A stretch of DNA of 64,000 bases from Psilocybe cubensis (lineage: Eukaryota). The notes under the pieces are model-generated. The model did no database searches. It was not told the DNA's origin and was given only the letters and a program-made list of their open reading frames with translations. The translations under genes were made by a program, and so were the position numbers. The stretch covers positions 1,364,001 to 1,428,000 of the forward strand of contig CM038999.1 in assembly GCA_017499595.2 (NCBI GenBank). Direction: 5' to 3'. Below are positions 11,777 through 24,600 of the stretch, in pieces. How positions within the stretch are numbered: the stretch's first letter is position 1; each line of letters begins with the position of its first letter.

Positions 11777-12170
11777 GTGCTGGCCGAGAGTGAGCCCCAT
11801 TGAGTTGATAAGACTCCTAGGAGTCAGACAATCGCATAACTGTATCTATGAGCAACGAAGAGCCTGTCCGTCCGAGTATACCACCGAGCAACGAGCATGC
11901 TCATATCTTCGCACACCCGCGCCTTTATCGACGGTAACTCGTATGGAAAGGCCGCAGAGTGGACAAGATGGAAGCGGTTGCGAGAACTCTCGAGCATCCG
12001 CCTGAACATTCTCGTCCATCCTTCACTGTGCCGTCGTGCTTAGAGGCGGCTGCTTTCCGAGGATAGTCGAGGATACGCTCTGCATCTCCGGGGACTTTCC
12101 CCACAGCTGAATATGGAAAGCATATAACCTTCCTGTACGTGAGCTGCGATAGCGATTCTTCAGACAGCAC
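11777..12170 (-). ncRNA. NME1: RNase MRP RNA (NME1/RMRP orthologue), about 394 nt
   Basis: Minus strand carries CR-I GGGGAAAGUCCCGG and CR-V AAUGGGGCUCACUC (P4 pseudoknot). P1 is GUGCUG/CAGCAC; P2 is AAUCGC/GCGAUU, preceded by CR-IV AGUUA; P3 is CGCAGCU/AGCUGUG; P19 hairpin is GACUCC-UA-GGAGUC. T-runs follow the 3' end. Confidence 0.88.
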
Positions 12171-12346
12171 GGTTGACAGGAAACCCAGCTGGAAAAAAAA
12201 TATTCACTTGAAAATATTATTGGAGCGGCGCTTGTAAGTATTGATCTTATTAGTCATCGCATGATCGGGCTTGCGTGTCGGCAAGGCCGTGCCACCGGCG
12301 TAGATCTGACTCTTCCCCAAACATTCGCTTTCAGATTGCTACCCCC

Positions 12347-13386
12347 ATGTCCACCTCTGAGCAGACACCGGCGCCCTCCCAACAACAACAGCAGCAGCAG
12401 AGGGTGCGCAAGCCGCCGTTTGCTGACTGGCCCACTATCAAGATTCTAACACCACCGCAGGGTAAGTCTGGTTGCTTATGCTAGACACAGTTGATAGACG
12501 ATGTATTCCATCAGGTCGCTTCTCTCCGAAGACCGACGAATGGTGCTTCACCTACTGCTCACAGAGTGTCAGTGGTAGGTTCCATGGCAAGGAACCGAGT
12601 TGCCGTTCAGTCTGTCTGCGCAGGGTGTTTCCACATGAAGTACGAAACATCTTATCGTTCCACCGACATAATGAGGTCGGACCAGATGGAAAGGCGAAAT
12701 ATCCTCTACCGGTTGAAGGGCAGCCAAGCAACCTGCCCCGTATACTAGGTGGAACACCCAAGAATGATTCCGACGATCAACCTTCCAGTACCTCTGCTTC
12801 ACCCATAAAACATTGGGACGAAGGTTGGTATGTTTGGACCGGAAAGGGAAAATGGACAGTTTTGCAGAAGACGGAGGAAATGATGTTGGATTTCCAGCGA
12901 CAGCGACAGCTGGAGCAGATACGCCAGAAGAGGAAAGATATGTGGCTAGAGCAACAAGATCAGATGAAGCAGAATGGGGGCGAATTAGTCGGTGAGCAGA
13001 GGCCTCGTGGACCTCCTTGGTGGACCCCCTTGGTTCCACCCAAATCTGTAGAAGATACTAGGTGCGTGGTGTGGACGCTTACATATACGCGTTTTTAATC
13101 AAGCTCTTTCTCCAGTTCACTTTCACTCCTGGTTCCTTTGCCACCCGACTTCCCTCCGCTTTTGGACAAGATCAAGAAATTCCTTGAGCCTTCGCAGAAA
13201 GTCCTGAATATATTCTACGAGAGCATATCATCCGGAGAACAGAAACAATTTGCTTTACGGGTATGGGAGAAAGCGAAGACCGACGAACCATTCATTCTAG
13301 CACAACGGACTTGCTCTCATGTTTATGAACAGTGGAAGAAACATTCTGTTGCCGAGGAAGACGACGGAAAGAAAGGATCGCCATAA
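12347..13386 (+). CDS. Hypothetical protein with N-terminal polyQ and a twin CX3C motif
   Basis: MSTSEQTPAPSQQQQQQQ... joined through GT-AG introns (about 12462-12490 and 13062-13115) to ORF segments 12472-13098 and 13138-13386. Confidence 0.7.
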
Positions 13387-13569
13387 ATATTTGTCAAAGC
13401 CAGCTAGGATACCATTCATTTACCATTCCACATTTTTCGCATACGCATATACATTTTCATTCCTGGGACGTCTCATTACATTGCATCATCGACTATTGTA
13501 GAATTTGCTCTATATAAATTGTTATATCACGTACAACATTGTATCATGGCATTAGGCTGTAAATTTCTT

Positions 13570-14230
13570 AATAATTGCCAATAAGACGGCAGCTCCCTAA
13601 ACTTCTTTTTGCTTCTCATGGTAGTTTCCTCAATCTTCGCAAAGCCCCTTGTGGTGATCTATTTCTTACTTTTTCATATCTACCTTATACGCCTCTGCTC
13701 CCTACTTTTTATCATAACAATCAAGGACATCCTCGTAGATATTTGGAGAGCCTGGAATGGACCCATAACGGAGGGTTAAATCTCCTTTTCAGTAAGACTG
13801 TATCATGTTAACCTGGCTAGACACAACCTCTCTTTACTAAGTTATTGTATATCGTAGAGGTAGACCGTCCCACTTTTACAAGGCCACCGAACAGTATAAT
13901 AAGTCCTTAAAAAAGCTCTCGAGATTCCTTAAATTTGACTTACCGTCACAGTACCAGTCGGGATACGAAATTTGTCTTTGGTGGCCTATGGAATTAACGT
14001 TGCATCCCATGTTTCCTTGTTTGCACATCGACTACCTTTCGAAGTTCCTTTTGTATCTTTGCCTCTTCTTTTTCCTCTATCGTCAAGATTCTTTGGGGTT
14101 TACGTTTTGCGTTTTTAGCGGCCGCGGGGCTCCTCCGCGTATCCAGCACATCTGTGTTTGCTTCACGAGGCAAGCGTGCTAAAGTTCTCGGGGTAGATGG
14201 ATTTGACTTTGATAGCACAGATAGCACAGG
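13570..14230 (-). pseudogene. Possible decayed gene remnant
   Basis: Coding-like, splice-bounded segments ...EKEEAKIQKELRK|ATKDKFRIPTGTVT|, then YSLTEKEI* and LRYGSIPGSPNIYEDVLDCYDKK* in different frames with stops. No clear start codon. Confidence 0.3.
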
Positions 14231-14985
14231 TAAGAACCTCAAAGTGTAATACACAAGAAATGATTGAAATTGCTGCGGGGCCCTCTGAGTAGAGAATGGG
14301 GATCCTCATTGAACTTTTTGCCGTTGGGCAATTGTCAGAGTCGATATATCTTTGCCAAGAAGTTATCGGGGCACTATCCTTGAGCTATATGGATCAACCA
14401 TGCATTCATATCCAAGGTCATAAAGGTTGGAATAATTGTGGTGTGTGAGGCGTTTCATCTGGTGTACTCAATGTAATACAAATTGGTCTATTGAGATGGA
14501 TGCCACGGTACTAGTGTACTTGAGAGTTCAGGAATACATTCATTCAGAAGTTCGAACGTACAAGGCTAAAGACTAGAGTTTCAATATCAGGACGGCGGCG
14601 CTTAACCGCTCCTCTGCTTTGCATCTGCTGTTCAATAATTCATGAAAGAAGAGTGTATGTAAACAGAACACGTTTCTGCTGACCGCTAAAGCGAAGATGC
14701 ACCGGGCAGTGCTCAAGGTGCACTCATACTCTTGAATCTTTATTGAGTCACTGGCTTCACTCACCTTTCTCAAATTTACCACAGGACATTTTAATGTAAA
14801 CTTGGTCCAATATCGTACTGTACATTGTTACAAGTTCGTTCAAATTTAAACCCATTGTCGGATAATATTCATAGGAGTATGGGCTTTTAATGAGCAGAGA
14901 GTGTAAAACAAAGAAGTTATGGGTTTCTAGCAGAAGGAGTGCACCTGTCAATTGTCAACACCCCGACAAAAATATGACCTCAAGT

Positions 14986-15080
14986 TGACGACGGCGAGGT
15001 TCGAACTCGCGCCCTTTCGGACTGGATAAGTGAAGAAAATCACCTAATTCCAGCGCCTTAGACCACTCGGCCACATCGCC
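14986..15080 (-). tRNA. tL(UAG): tRNA-Leu(UAG) with a 15-nt intron
   Basis: GGCGATGTGGCCGAGTGGTCTAAGGCGCTGGAATTAGG-[TGATTTTCTTCACTT]-ATCCAGTCCGAAAGGGCGCGAGTTCGAACCTCGCCGTCGTCA. A and B boxes, long variable arm, T5 terminator downstream. Confidence 0.95.
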
Positions 15081-15218
15081 ATGGAAGCGCCCAATAGGAA
15101 GTTAGGCGCCCATGCTAAAAATCTTATTTTGGTGACCAATGATTATAATCAAGTCACAAGCCAGCTGGCAGTGGAATTCCGACTAAAATACTATTGTGCG
15201 GCCCGAATAAAAACATGT

Positions 15219-15310
15219 TGACGACGGTGGGGTTCGAACCCACGCCCTTTCGGACTGGATAGCGACGAAATGCCTAATTCCAGCGCCTTAGACCACTCGG
15301 CCACATCGCC
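15219..15310 (-). tRNA. tL(UAG): tRNA-Leu(UAG) with a 12-nt intron
   Basis: Same body as the 14986-15080 copy, with intron CATTTCGTCGCT and T-arm GTGGG-TTCGAAC-CCCAC. T5 downstream. Confidence 0.95.
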
Positions 15311-15495
15311 TTAAACGGTGGGCAAAAGTAATGTTTGTGACCCGAGGATTGCCGACCCGGGCCGAACCCTTCGTTTCTCAAGTCGATCCGAGTCACATCT
15401 TCAGTCCTGCTAGCATATAATCTTTCCCCTTTTCACCGCTGGTAAAATGCAATAGCGATTTATAACATTCTGTCAACTCATATCCAAGGAACATA

Positions 15496-18077
15496 ATGGG
15501 TGTTCACGGCTTGACGACTTATCTACGCGAAAAACGACGCACGCTTTCGACAACAACGATCGTTTCTGGTTCCACGAACTCTCTAGTTCCGGTTGTGGTA
15601 GATGGCTGGTCGTGAGTTTGTTGGCACTTTTGCACATTTTCTAATTTGACGGGAGCTAAAGCTTCATTTACGATCTTTACCAGAGTTCCCGTTTGCCTTG
15701 GGTTTACGGCGGCGAATACATAGAATTTGTGCGACTCGTTCAAATTGTTGTTCAAGCTTGGATCAAAGCTGGATTGGAAGTGCACTTTGTATTCGATGGT
15801 CTGTGATAGCGATTCAGCTATCCTATACGCTCATTCATTGCTTCCTCATTATTTATAGGTGCTTGCCCTGATCTTAAATTTGCAACAATTGTCTCCAGGC
15901 TTGGACAATCCCATGTTCTACCTGCTCAGCTCTTTTTCCGAACATCATCGGCTTCGAGAAGCTCTGGCAGGTTTCTAGGAGAAAATCGTATATTACCCCC
16001 TCTCACCTATTCTGCCTGCCTTTATGCATTGGAAGTAGTTCGCCGAACAACGCCAGCTTTGGAGATCCATTTCGCTGACGAAGAAGGGGATCCGTACGCG
16101 GTAGAACTGGCCGGCAGACTGGAAGGATACGTTGTTGGCAACGACTCTGATTTCGTTATACTCAATTCAGAGGGGTATCGCGGATACATACCATTGGATG
16201 AGTTAGTTTGGCAGCTGCCACCATCCGAAGCAACAACTCCGACTAATGAGGTCAACGATGACTTTCAGACTGTCAAAACATCCAAAGCAAAGAAGAAGAT
16301 CCCGCAGTATCTTCAACATGCAGCCGGACTCCTGCCTCCCGACAACACAGATGGACTATCCTTGTCATTCACTTCCTACAGCCCGCAATCTTTGGCCAAG
16401 CACTTGAATATACCGGTCACTTTGCTTCCTCTTTTTGGGGCTCTTGTAGGCAATGATTTTTCTCGTGAATCTGAATCGAGTTCCCGCAAAATCCAGGGAA
16501 TGTTCTTCGAACGCCATCTCACTCTTAGCCAGCGTATAGATAAAGTTGCGAATATTATGAAGGCCGTGGTATCACCAGGAACTACACCTCGTGGTAAGGC
16601 CAAACACCAAGTCGGCAGCGTTATGGACCTCATTGATCGAACCGTGAATTGTCTTTTGGATCGGCAGACGGCGGTGATGGGCTCCGGGGAAATAGAGTCT
16701 ATCATCGACAAGATAGTAAATGCTACACTCCAATATGCTATTCCAAAACATGAAGGTGATGTAATTGGTCGCAAAAGTCTTTGGCCCACGAGCGTTTGCG
16801 CGTTACATATGCCAGAGTCATGTCCCATTCTGCCAATTATTTCACATAACGTTGTGCGCCAGGCCGAATTATCTGACCAAGCAGATCCCAACCTTCTGGA
16901 GGCCAGAGGCCAATTGTTGGATGCCTACCGCAATGGAATGTTGTCTCCGAAAACCATGGATATACTCAACACAGCGTCCTCATGGCCTCGTCTTTTTCTC
17001 GAGAACCCTGACTTAGAAACAGTAGCAAGAAGTCTTGGCAGGCCTATCCGTGAATGGATATATGCCATCTTGCAGGATAGTTTAGGACTACCCTTCACTG
17101 AAGCACCCGATGGGAGCACAGGAGACAACTCTTCCGCTCCGCAGGAAAGCGACGATGACGATGAGCTCATCGATGTCGTCGAGTCAGACGATGAAGGTCA
17201 AATACCTGACTACTTGGCCCCTCTCAGAGGTGAACTTGACCGTCTCCATTCCGACGATGATGCCACAGAACCTCCAGCATCTATAATCTCTCACCGCAAA
17301 CTGGCCAACACCCCTCCCACAGTAACTGAGTACGTGCGACGAGGGTCGAGAATAGCTTCAGAGGAAATCGTTGTCAAATCGATTTCAGATCTATTGTCGT
17401 CTATCGACCTTGTTGAATTCGCAGAAGCAGATGCTCCACCACTCGTTTTACGTTCGGATGAAGATCGCCTCACGATCCTCCTCCGCATCTTAAATTCTGA
17501 CATACCGTCAGTGCGTTCTCTTACTCCAGATGTCATAACATCGGTACTTGCTCTCAGATGGGTGGTCAATACGCTTCATAGTCGTTGGCAGGAAACAGGA
17601 AGCAAAGACCGTGAAAAGGAGCGCTGGAGTAAAAACGAAGCTCGCTGCTTACTTTCCTCGTTTACATCTTTAAACTCGGTTTCTCTTGGCGATGTTGGCG
17701 ACAGTGCTATGCCTCCTATTGAGGATCGGAATGTCCAACTTACTGCACAGATATTAATGGCACTGGAATCCATTGAGCAGCTGTCTCAGTCACTGCTTCT
17801 TCTCGATCGCGTTCCTGGAAATGCGTATCAATTGTCCGGTAAACTGTTTCATGGGCTTCTAACTGGGACGGCGCCCATGCTTTCCACACTTCTTCACAGC
17901 AGCGTATGGGCTGCAGTCGAAGAGGGTCTTTCTGATTGCTTCCAAGATGAAAGGGCAAAACGACCAAAAAAGCCCAAGGCAGCCAAGGTGCAAACGACCT
18001 CAATTGCGACGAACGGCGCTCGGGCGAATACGAAAAACAAGGGATTGTTTTCGATGTTAGGAGACCTCGAAGATTGA
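15496..18077 (+). CDS. Asteroid/XPG-like PIN-domain (FEN1-superfamily) protein
   Basis: Spliced MGVHGLTTYL...VVDGWS, YGGEY, VHFVFDG, EEGDPYAVELA, VVGNDSDF and LVGND: the XPG_I_2/Asteroid motif set. Confidence 0.85.
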
Positions 18078-18786
18078 GTAACTTTGCTGTTTGTGCCATC
18101 TTCGGACTCTCTATTTTCAATGACATACAATCCACCATCTGTACTAGGATTCATATATCAGAACCTACTTTCCGATATGCATTGCTTATCCATGCACACA
18201 ATACTCTCCCGCATCACTATTTATAATTCCATGAATCACTGTTATTCATACTTGCCCAATATTTTATTAGTTGTACAACCATTCTTTCCGACTCAATCAA
18301 TCTACTAGGATGTAGAAATTATACTTAGCTGCATTTTTTATGCGGCTCTCATGTAACCTTGACAATATTGCCACAGGAGACATGTGTGACCTCAGTAGCA
18401 CATTGTTTGACTCAAAAATATGAATATCATATTGGGAGGCGGTGTGCTACTACGCAGCCGCCCCATATTACCGAAACCTCTCGACTTTGCTCAGTGAATG
18501 AGATGTAACCTTTGACAGACATGTAGTACAGCGTGGCTGTACCCACGGGAATGCAGAATATGTGCAACTCAGAACTATACACAGCTCCTCAACTCACCCT
18601 GGCACTGGTTAAAGCACATTTACGAAATAATAATGCTGCTTGGTGCATCATCCTAGTAAGTAATTGGGAAGGCGATGCCGTTCCTGTACATATTTAAGCT
18701 TGGAGCAACTTTGTGACTTTCAAACCTTAGAGACTACACTTCAATCGACCGCTCCTTGCACTCGCAAAGGTATCCTCCAAGCCGGC

Positions 18787-19346
18787 ATGCCCTCCAATCA
18801 ACTTAACTCCAACTCCAACAAAATTATTGTCGGCAATCCACTCGTAAAGAAAGGCGTGGCTTCTTCTAGCATTCCTACCGATCTCATTACCTTTCAACTG
18901 GACCAAACTTGCGTTCTGGTCAAGCCAACACAACACTACCAGGTAATAATTTTTTTTATAAAGAAATGCATCATGGCAACTAAGGGCCATTTCAGGATGC
19001 ACTGGATATCGCACAGAAGGAGTTTTTCTATGAACTCTCAAACGTCCCGAGGGAACGCCTCGCATTTTCCATAATTGAAAATGGCAACGGTGACCGACGA
19101 AAGCTCAGAATATCCGAGGGTGCATGGTCTACTCTCGTCTCGAAGCTACCACAGGGTTCGATTATACACATCACCATTCGTCCGGACCCGGAAGCTAAAG
19201 CGCCTCCACCTCAATATCTGGAGGTGCCAAATGGCCCACAAACAACCCTGGGACTTCGTCACTCTCGATCTGATTCAGGAATATCGTCTCATCCACATTC
19301 GACGAAGAATAATGGGATGTTTTCCTGGTTAGGAAGTGGGAAATAA
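18787..19346 (+). CDS. Small hypothetical protein (about 168 aa, 2 exons) with a PPxY motif
   Basis: Exons 18787-18942 and 18996-19346 (GT-AG intron) give an open frame MPSNQ...VKPTQHYQ|DALDIAQKEF...RISEGAW...KAPPPQYLEVP...MFSWLGSGK*. Confidence 0.75.
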
Positions 19347-19748
19347 TAAATTTCGTTCATCCCAGGATTGGATTCAAACGCAATACAGAGCCAGTGGACC
19401 ACCTAAACTTTTTTGCTTTGCCCCTCACCTTCGAGTCGTGATTCATTGTAATATAGAGCGTCGTCCTTGTTTAATAGGCCACAGGCAGACCCCATGGGCC
19501 CACATGTATGTAATTATACTGTTACAGTTTCTCGCTGATTTAGTCGCTTAGTGTATCATATCCAAGCATACCCAATATACCACTAGTATCATGTTCCACC
19601 AGTAGTAATGCAATTCATGGCCTTTTCTTGACACTTATATCACGGCGCTTAAGCTGCATATCCACCAAATTGTAGCGTGAGTCGAAAAGGGTGGTCCTCC
19701 AAATTTAGATTGACAGCCAATGTAGATATTGAAATAGATGCTCATTTT

Positions 19749-21287
19749 TCAGGTTCGAGAGTATCGCAGCAGTGCTTTGCTTCTGAAGGTTGCGTTGTAC
19801 TGGAGAAGATTGTTGATATCGCGGACCCAATCGTCTTCCTTTCCGGGTCCAGCGCCTTCGCTGTGACGCATTTGCTCGACATCCGATGTTGAAATAATCG
19901 AGGACCGGTTTATGCATGGAACTGGGAAGGGCGACGCTTGAACTACTATTGATTCCCCAGGATGAAGAACATGCGACGACCGTCCGTCCATGGAAATTCC
20001 TGCGGGTGCGCGACTACGATCACCTATCTATGGAACGGGACGGACTAGATCAGGCATGTCTCAAATATGCTACGAACGAAGAGACGTACTCGCAACGTGA
20101 TAATCGATGAAGATGGGAACACAAGAGGCCGGAACGACAGGCTTCGGGGACAGATGGGAGTAAGAACCAATGCACTCAGAGACGGGTGCACAATTGGACC
20201 TCCAGCAGATAGTGAATAGGCTGTAGACCCAGTTGGAGTAGATACAATCAAACCGTCCGACTGTTAAACGCAGCGTGTAAACAAAAGAGAACAAAAGTGC
20301 ATATGTAACGTACCACTGCCTCAGTAAGATGTTGACCGTCGACAAAGATATCAATTGTATTGAGATGGGGACTTGAGCCACGATGCAGAGCAATTTCGTT
20401 CATGACCTGCCAATCTGATATAAACGCTTAGCCACCAGCTTGAATTTCGTCAAAAGACATGGGCTACCATCGCCGTCCTTGCTTTTCTTCGACAGATCCT
20501 TGTTATATAATGTACACGCAAGGCGCATGCGATGAAGTACGGTTGCTCTTCCAGAAAAGACACTCTCCAGTGCTCTGTCGAAGTCATCAATGTCTATTAT
20601 CGATATGATGAATAAGAAAAGTGGGTACGGCAGTATTGGAGAGCAGAACTTACGAAAAGGGAGCAAAAATCCCAGTGTGCCCATCGAAAAACTTAAAACT
20701 GGCGGAACAGCACCGGCGCTAAAAAGCGAAGAGGCGTGTAGTATTGTCCCATCTCCACCCAATGTTACGACAAGATCAATTTTCTCTGGACTGGCTATTC
20801 GTTTATCAAATAAACCAATGTTACAAAATACAGCATCGGCGACATACTCGGCTTCCATACCTCTGCTCCATGAGGTATATCATCTCTATCTTCATGGAAT
20901 ACACGCACGTCGGGGTAAGTTTCATGTACGTGGCTATGATAATTTCTTAGAATGAGCGAAAATGCCTCATGGTACTTAGAAGTGATGATGACGTACTCAA
21001 GGAAGGCAGCTATAGCATGGATAACAGGTTGCGTTCGTAGTTTGTTGACGATGAGGATGTTCTTTGGACGATTTTGAATTTGTCCGCCTCTGTCTTTGCT
21101 CTAAGGTTAATTGTGTACTCTTGGGTAGAAGGATGTTAAAAACAAACGCTGGAGTTGATTGTGGAGGTATTGAAGTTGTAAAAGTCCTTGGCAAGACAGT
21201 TCGAGTATGCGTCGGGGTCCGTTTAGGCGCTAATCGAGCACGAAATAGATGTTTGTGCACCAAAGATCGACGGAAAACAGCGAGCAT
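19749..21287 (-). CDS. POS5: Mitochondrial NADH kinase (ATP-NAD kinase family)
   Basis: Arg-rich presequence MLAVFRRSL; motifs [40 protein letters not shown] and [13 protein letters not shown]. Confidence 0.88.
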
Positions 21288-21607
21288 AGCTGTCAATTTG
21301 GAAGGGGAGAGGCAATTTCGGGGATGGATGTAGGTCGCCACTGAATACTGTGGCACCGTCGAACGAATATGCGAGCACGTGATACGCGAAATGTTTTCAA
21401 CCATTGTCGCGTTCAACCCTGAAGTAGTTATCTACCATACCCCCTCTCTATACCGAACCGTGGGGGCAGTTATCCACTACCAAGATTTGACAATACGTAC
21501 GTCTGACCTTTTTATGTATTCTTGAAACTTTGGCTAATTTTGCAGTACTTCACCGGTGACGGAGGTCTCTGGGAACACTTCATGCTTACAGACCTTTCGC
21601 ATTCCCA

Positions 21608-24600
21608 ATGGCCAACGCAACCATCTTCCCTGAGAAACGAACTCGGTCACAAATTAGTCTGCCTGATGCTATTCTCCAAATACCTCACGGTTCTCCCATG
21701 AAGGATGCGCGAAGTGCATTAAGGAATCACACCACTGCTACCATCGACACCACTACATCCTCTGAGCCCAAGCAGACGACCGACGATACCGAGGATGAAT
21801 TACTCTTGTCACCTGGAAAACAGGCGTCACTTATGCGGGCAGCGAGTAATTCTAAACGCTCTGCGTCACCTCCTCTGCAAGATGAATACACACCGCCATC
21901 AGGGTCGTCGCCTGAAGGCAGATTACTGAAACGCGCAAAGCGAGAGCTTGGACCATTGGATGGATCAGAAGGTGGGGTAAAAGATATACATTCACTTTCC
22001 CAACTTCACAAACCTTCGAATACAGAAAGTCCTCGTAAACTTATAGACACCTCTCCCACCACAAGTCGACGTTCCGCGCGAAAGCGATCTACCACCAACA
22101 AGAAAGTACAGCCTACCCTCAGTGCCAGTCCACCTCCATCTACATTCTCTCCCATTCTAAGCACCTCGAAACAACCCAGAGCTCAGTCGGTGCCTTTATT
22201 CTCTACAAGTCATGATATACCCCACATCGATTTTCGAAATCCTCCGCATTCTCCTAGACGCTCTCGCTCCCGTTCTAAGTCACCATCCAAAACAGCAGAA
22301 CCTAGACTACGACCGTTATTTGTAACATTTCCTGTCATTGAGGAAACACCTAGCGCATATGAGGATGGGGGAACGCCAATGGAGTTAGACGATGAAGCCA
22401 AAGGCGTGGCAAAGAAGGCGAGTGAGTTCCAAAGCCTCAGTGCACCTGAACAACCTCTGGAGCCACAATCGAATACTGCTGTCACTGCACGAACTTCCAG
22501 CTCACCACCAATTTCGCCGTCACCGTCTGCCACCTATGTACTGGGTGGTGCACCTGCTACTCCGGCTTCACATTCTTTGGACACATCAATACCAATGTCA
22601 CCGTTGACACCTCTCCCTGAAACGCCTCTACCAGTGAGGTTAACAAATGCTGATAGTCGATACTCCAGCAATTTGGGCTGGGGGTTACCACTTATTACAG
22701 AAGTAAGCAGCGATTTTTTATCATGAAGTACTTGTGTGGTAATGTCTGGCATTTAGACCACCGAATCATCTGGCAACCTGGAGCTCCAAATTGCTGTTGA
22801 ATCCTCGACCATCCAAAGTCGCCTTCCTCGACCTGCAGTCTCTATGCCGCCTCCACCATTGCCGCCGTCGAGGCTCACCCGACCTGGCATTACGGGTTCG
22901 TCTCGTCCAGTTTCTAATAAAGCCGGTCCACCGACCAAAGTGGCCACCGCAACGTCGTCAAAGAATCCTAATGCAACTGTAACTAAGAAGGATGCATTTG
23001 CATTGATGATGAAGAAGTCTCGAGAAGATAAAGAACGAATTGAAAGGGAGAAAAATAGGCAGCCCCCTGCTAATATTTTTACACCTATAACAACAGCAAA
23101 ACGACCGGGTTCTCGAGAATCACTCAAGATGAAGATGAAGGACAAGATGCGACCTAAAATGAAATCGAAGCAAGATCCTGCAACTCAGCCCCCTCTAAAT
23201 TTTGATGATGAGGAGCAAGAGGAGGAGGAGGAAATAGAAAAAGAGTCTGGCTCCAAATACTATGCTTCTACCCAAACTATCGTCGAATCTGGGCCTTCTA
23301 CTCAATCGGAAATCGCCCCAGTTATCATACCAGATCCTCCCATTTCGCCCACGAGAATTGCTTTGGATTCATTAAGGTCCAGTTCCTTGCCCGAGGAGTC
23401 AAATATGGAGATTGTGGAAGACTCCGAGGGTGAAGGTCAGGCTCTCATGCATCCAGCTGTTGCTGCAGCGTATCCTGGTCATGTTTCTGCTAACCCCGGA
23501 GAAGGCCAAACAATCAGCGAGCTGGGAGTTGATACATCCCTTGTTGAACAACCTTTGGCTGAAGTTATGCAACCCGTGCCAACAATAGCTGTTGAAGCTC
23601 TCAAAGAAATATCCACTAAGATCGAGGGGCCCGAACACGAAGTCAGTCCTACTGACGATAATGTGGCGTCACAGTCGGCTGAAAACGTTTCCGAACAACA
23701 GCAAGAAGAGGAAGCTCAGACAGAAATTCGACCACCCAGTCGAACTCGAGTCAGTAGACTGCCTCTAGGGAAGAAAAGACAACCAGCGGTGGTCATTCCA
23801 GGTGGCCGTGTTACCCGTAGCGCTTCCAATAACAAGAAAAACGGTGATGAAGCTGAAGGTTTGTGTATGCTACCCTTAGCCTGAAATGTATGCATTTGAC
23901 GCCTTAATTGTTAGCTTCAACATCCCAAGTACCTTCTAAACCATCTAACCCTTCTGGCATAGTAACTACCAAACGGCCTGTCTCCAAGGTGATGAAGAAA
24001 TCCGCAGAAGCTGTGGGGTCGAGTAAGACAACCGAGGAGGAAGTGGGTCAAGAAAAGATGGTTCTGCCCCCAGGATCACCAATGAAAGTGAGTTCTCCGA
24101 GCAAAACCTTGCGCCCAATCACTCCCAAGAAGACTCCTGGTCGGTTCACTTTTTCGAACAAACCAATCTCAAGTCCATCACCTACCAAGGTTGTGAGGTC
24201 GTCTTCTCTCACTACATTGAAATCTTCCAGTAAGCTTCGGGTTTTGTTGATGTTTATTGTTGACTACAATAAGTTTTGTAGGCTTCGCTGGCCGTGCCTT
24301 TCCAATGGCACCCAGCCAAGTGGCTATGGGTGCCAATTCCTCTCTTTCGACTTTATCAAATGCACTTGAGAAATTGCGAATGCCACCACCTGCGAGACCT
24401 AGTACAAGCATGGGTTTCAATAGAGATGCCCCGGGCGATAGTGATGACGAAAAGCCTGCGACAATGACGAAGGACGATGTTGGTGTTGGGCGTACATCTT
24501 TCGGATTGGGACGTCCACAAGGCCTGAAAAGGGCCAGTACTCTTGAAGAAGATTCTTTTGGGCCAACGGCGAAAAATGCGGCTGCGTCCTCTAGTAAAAG

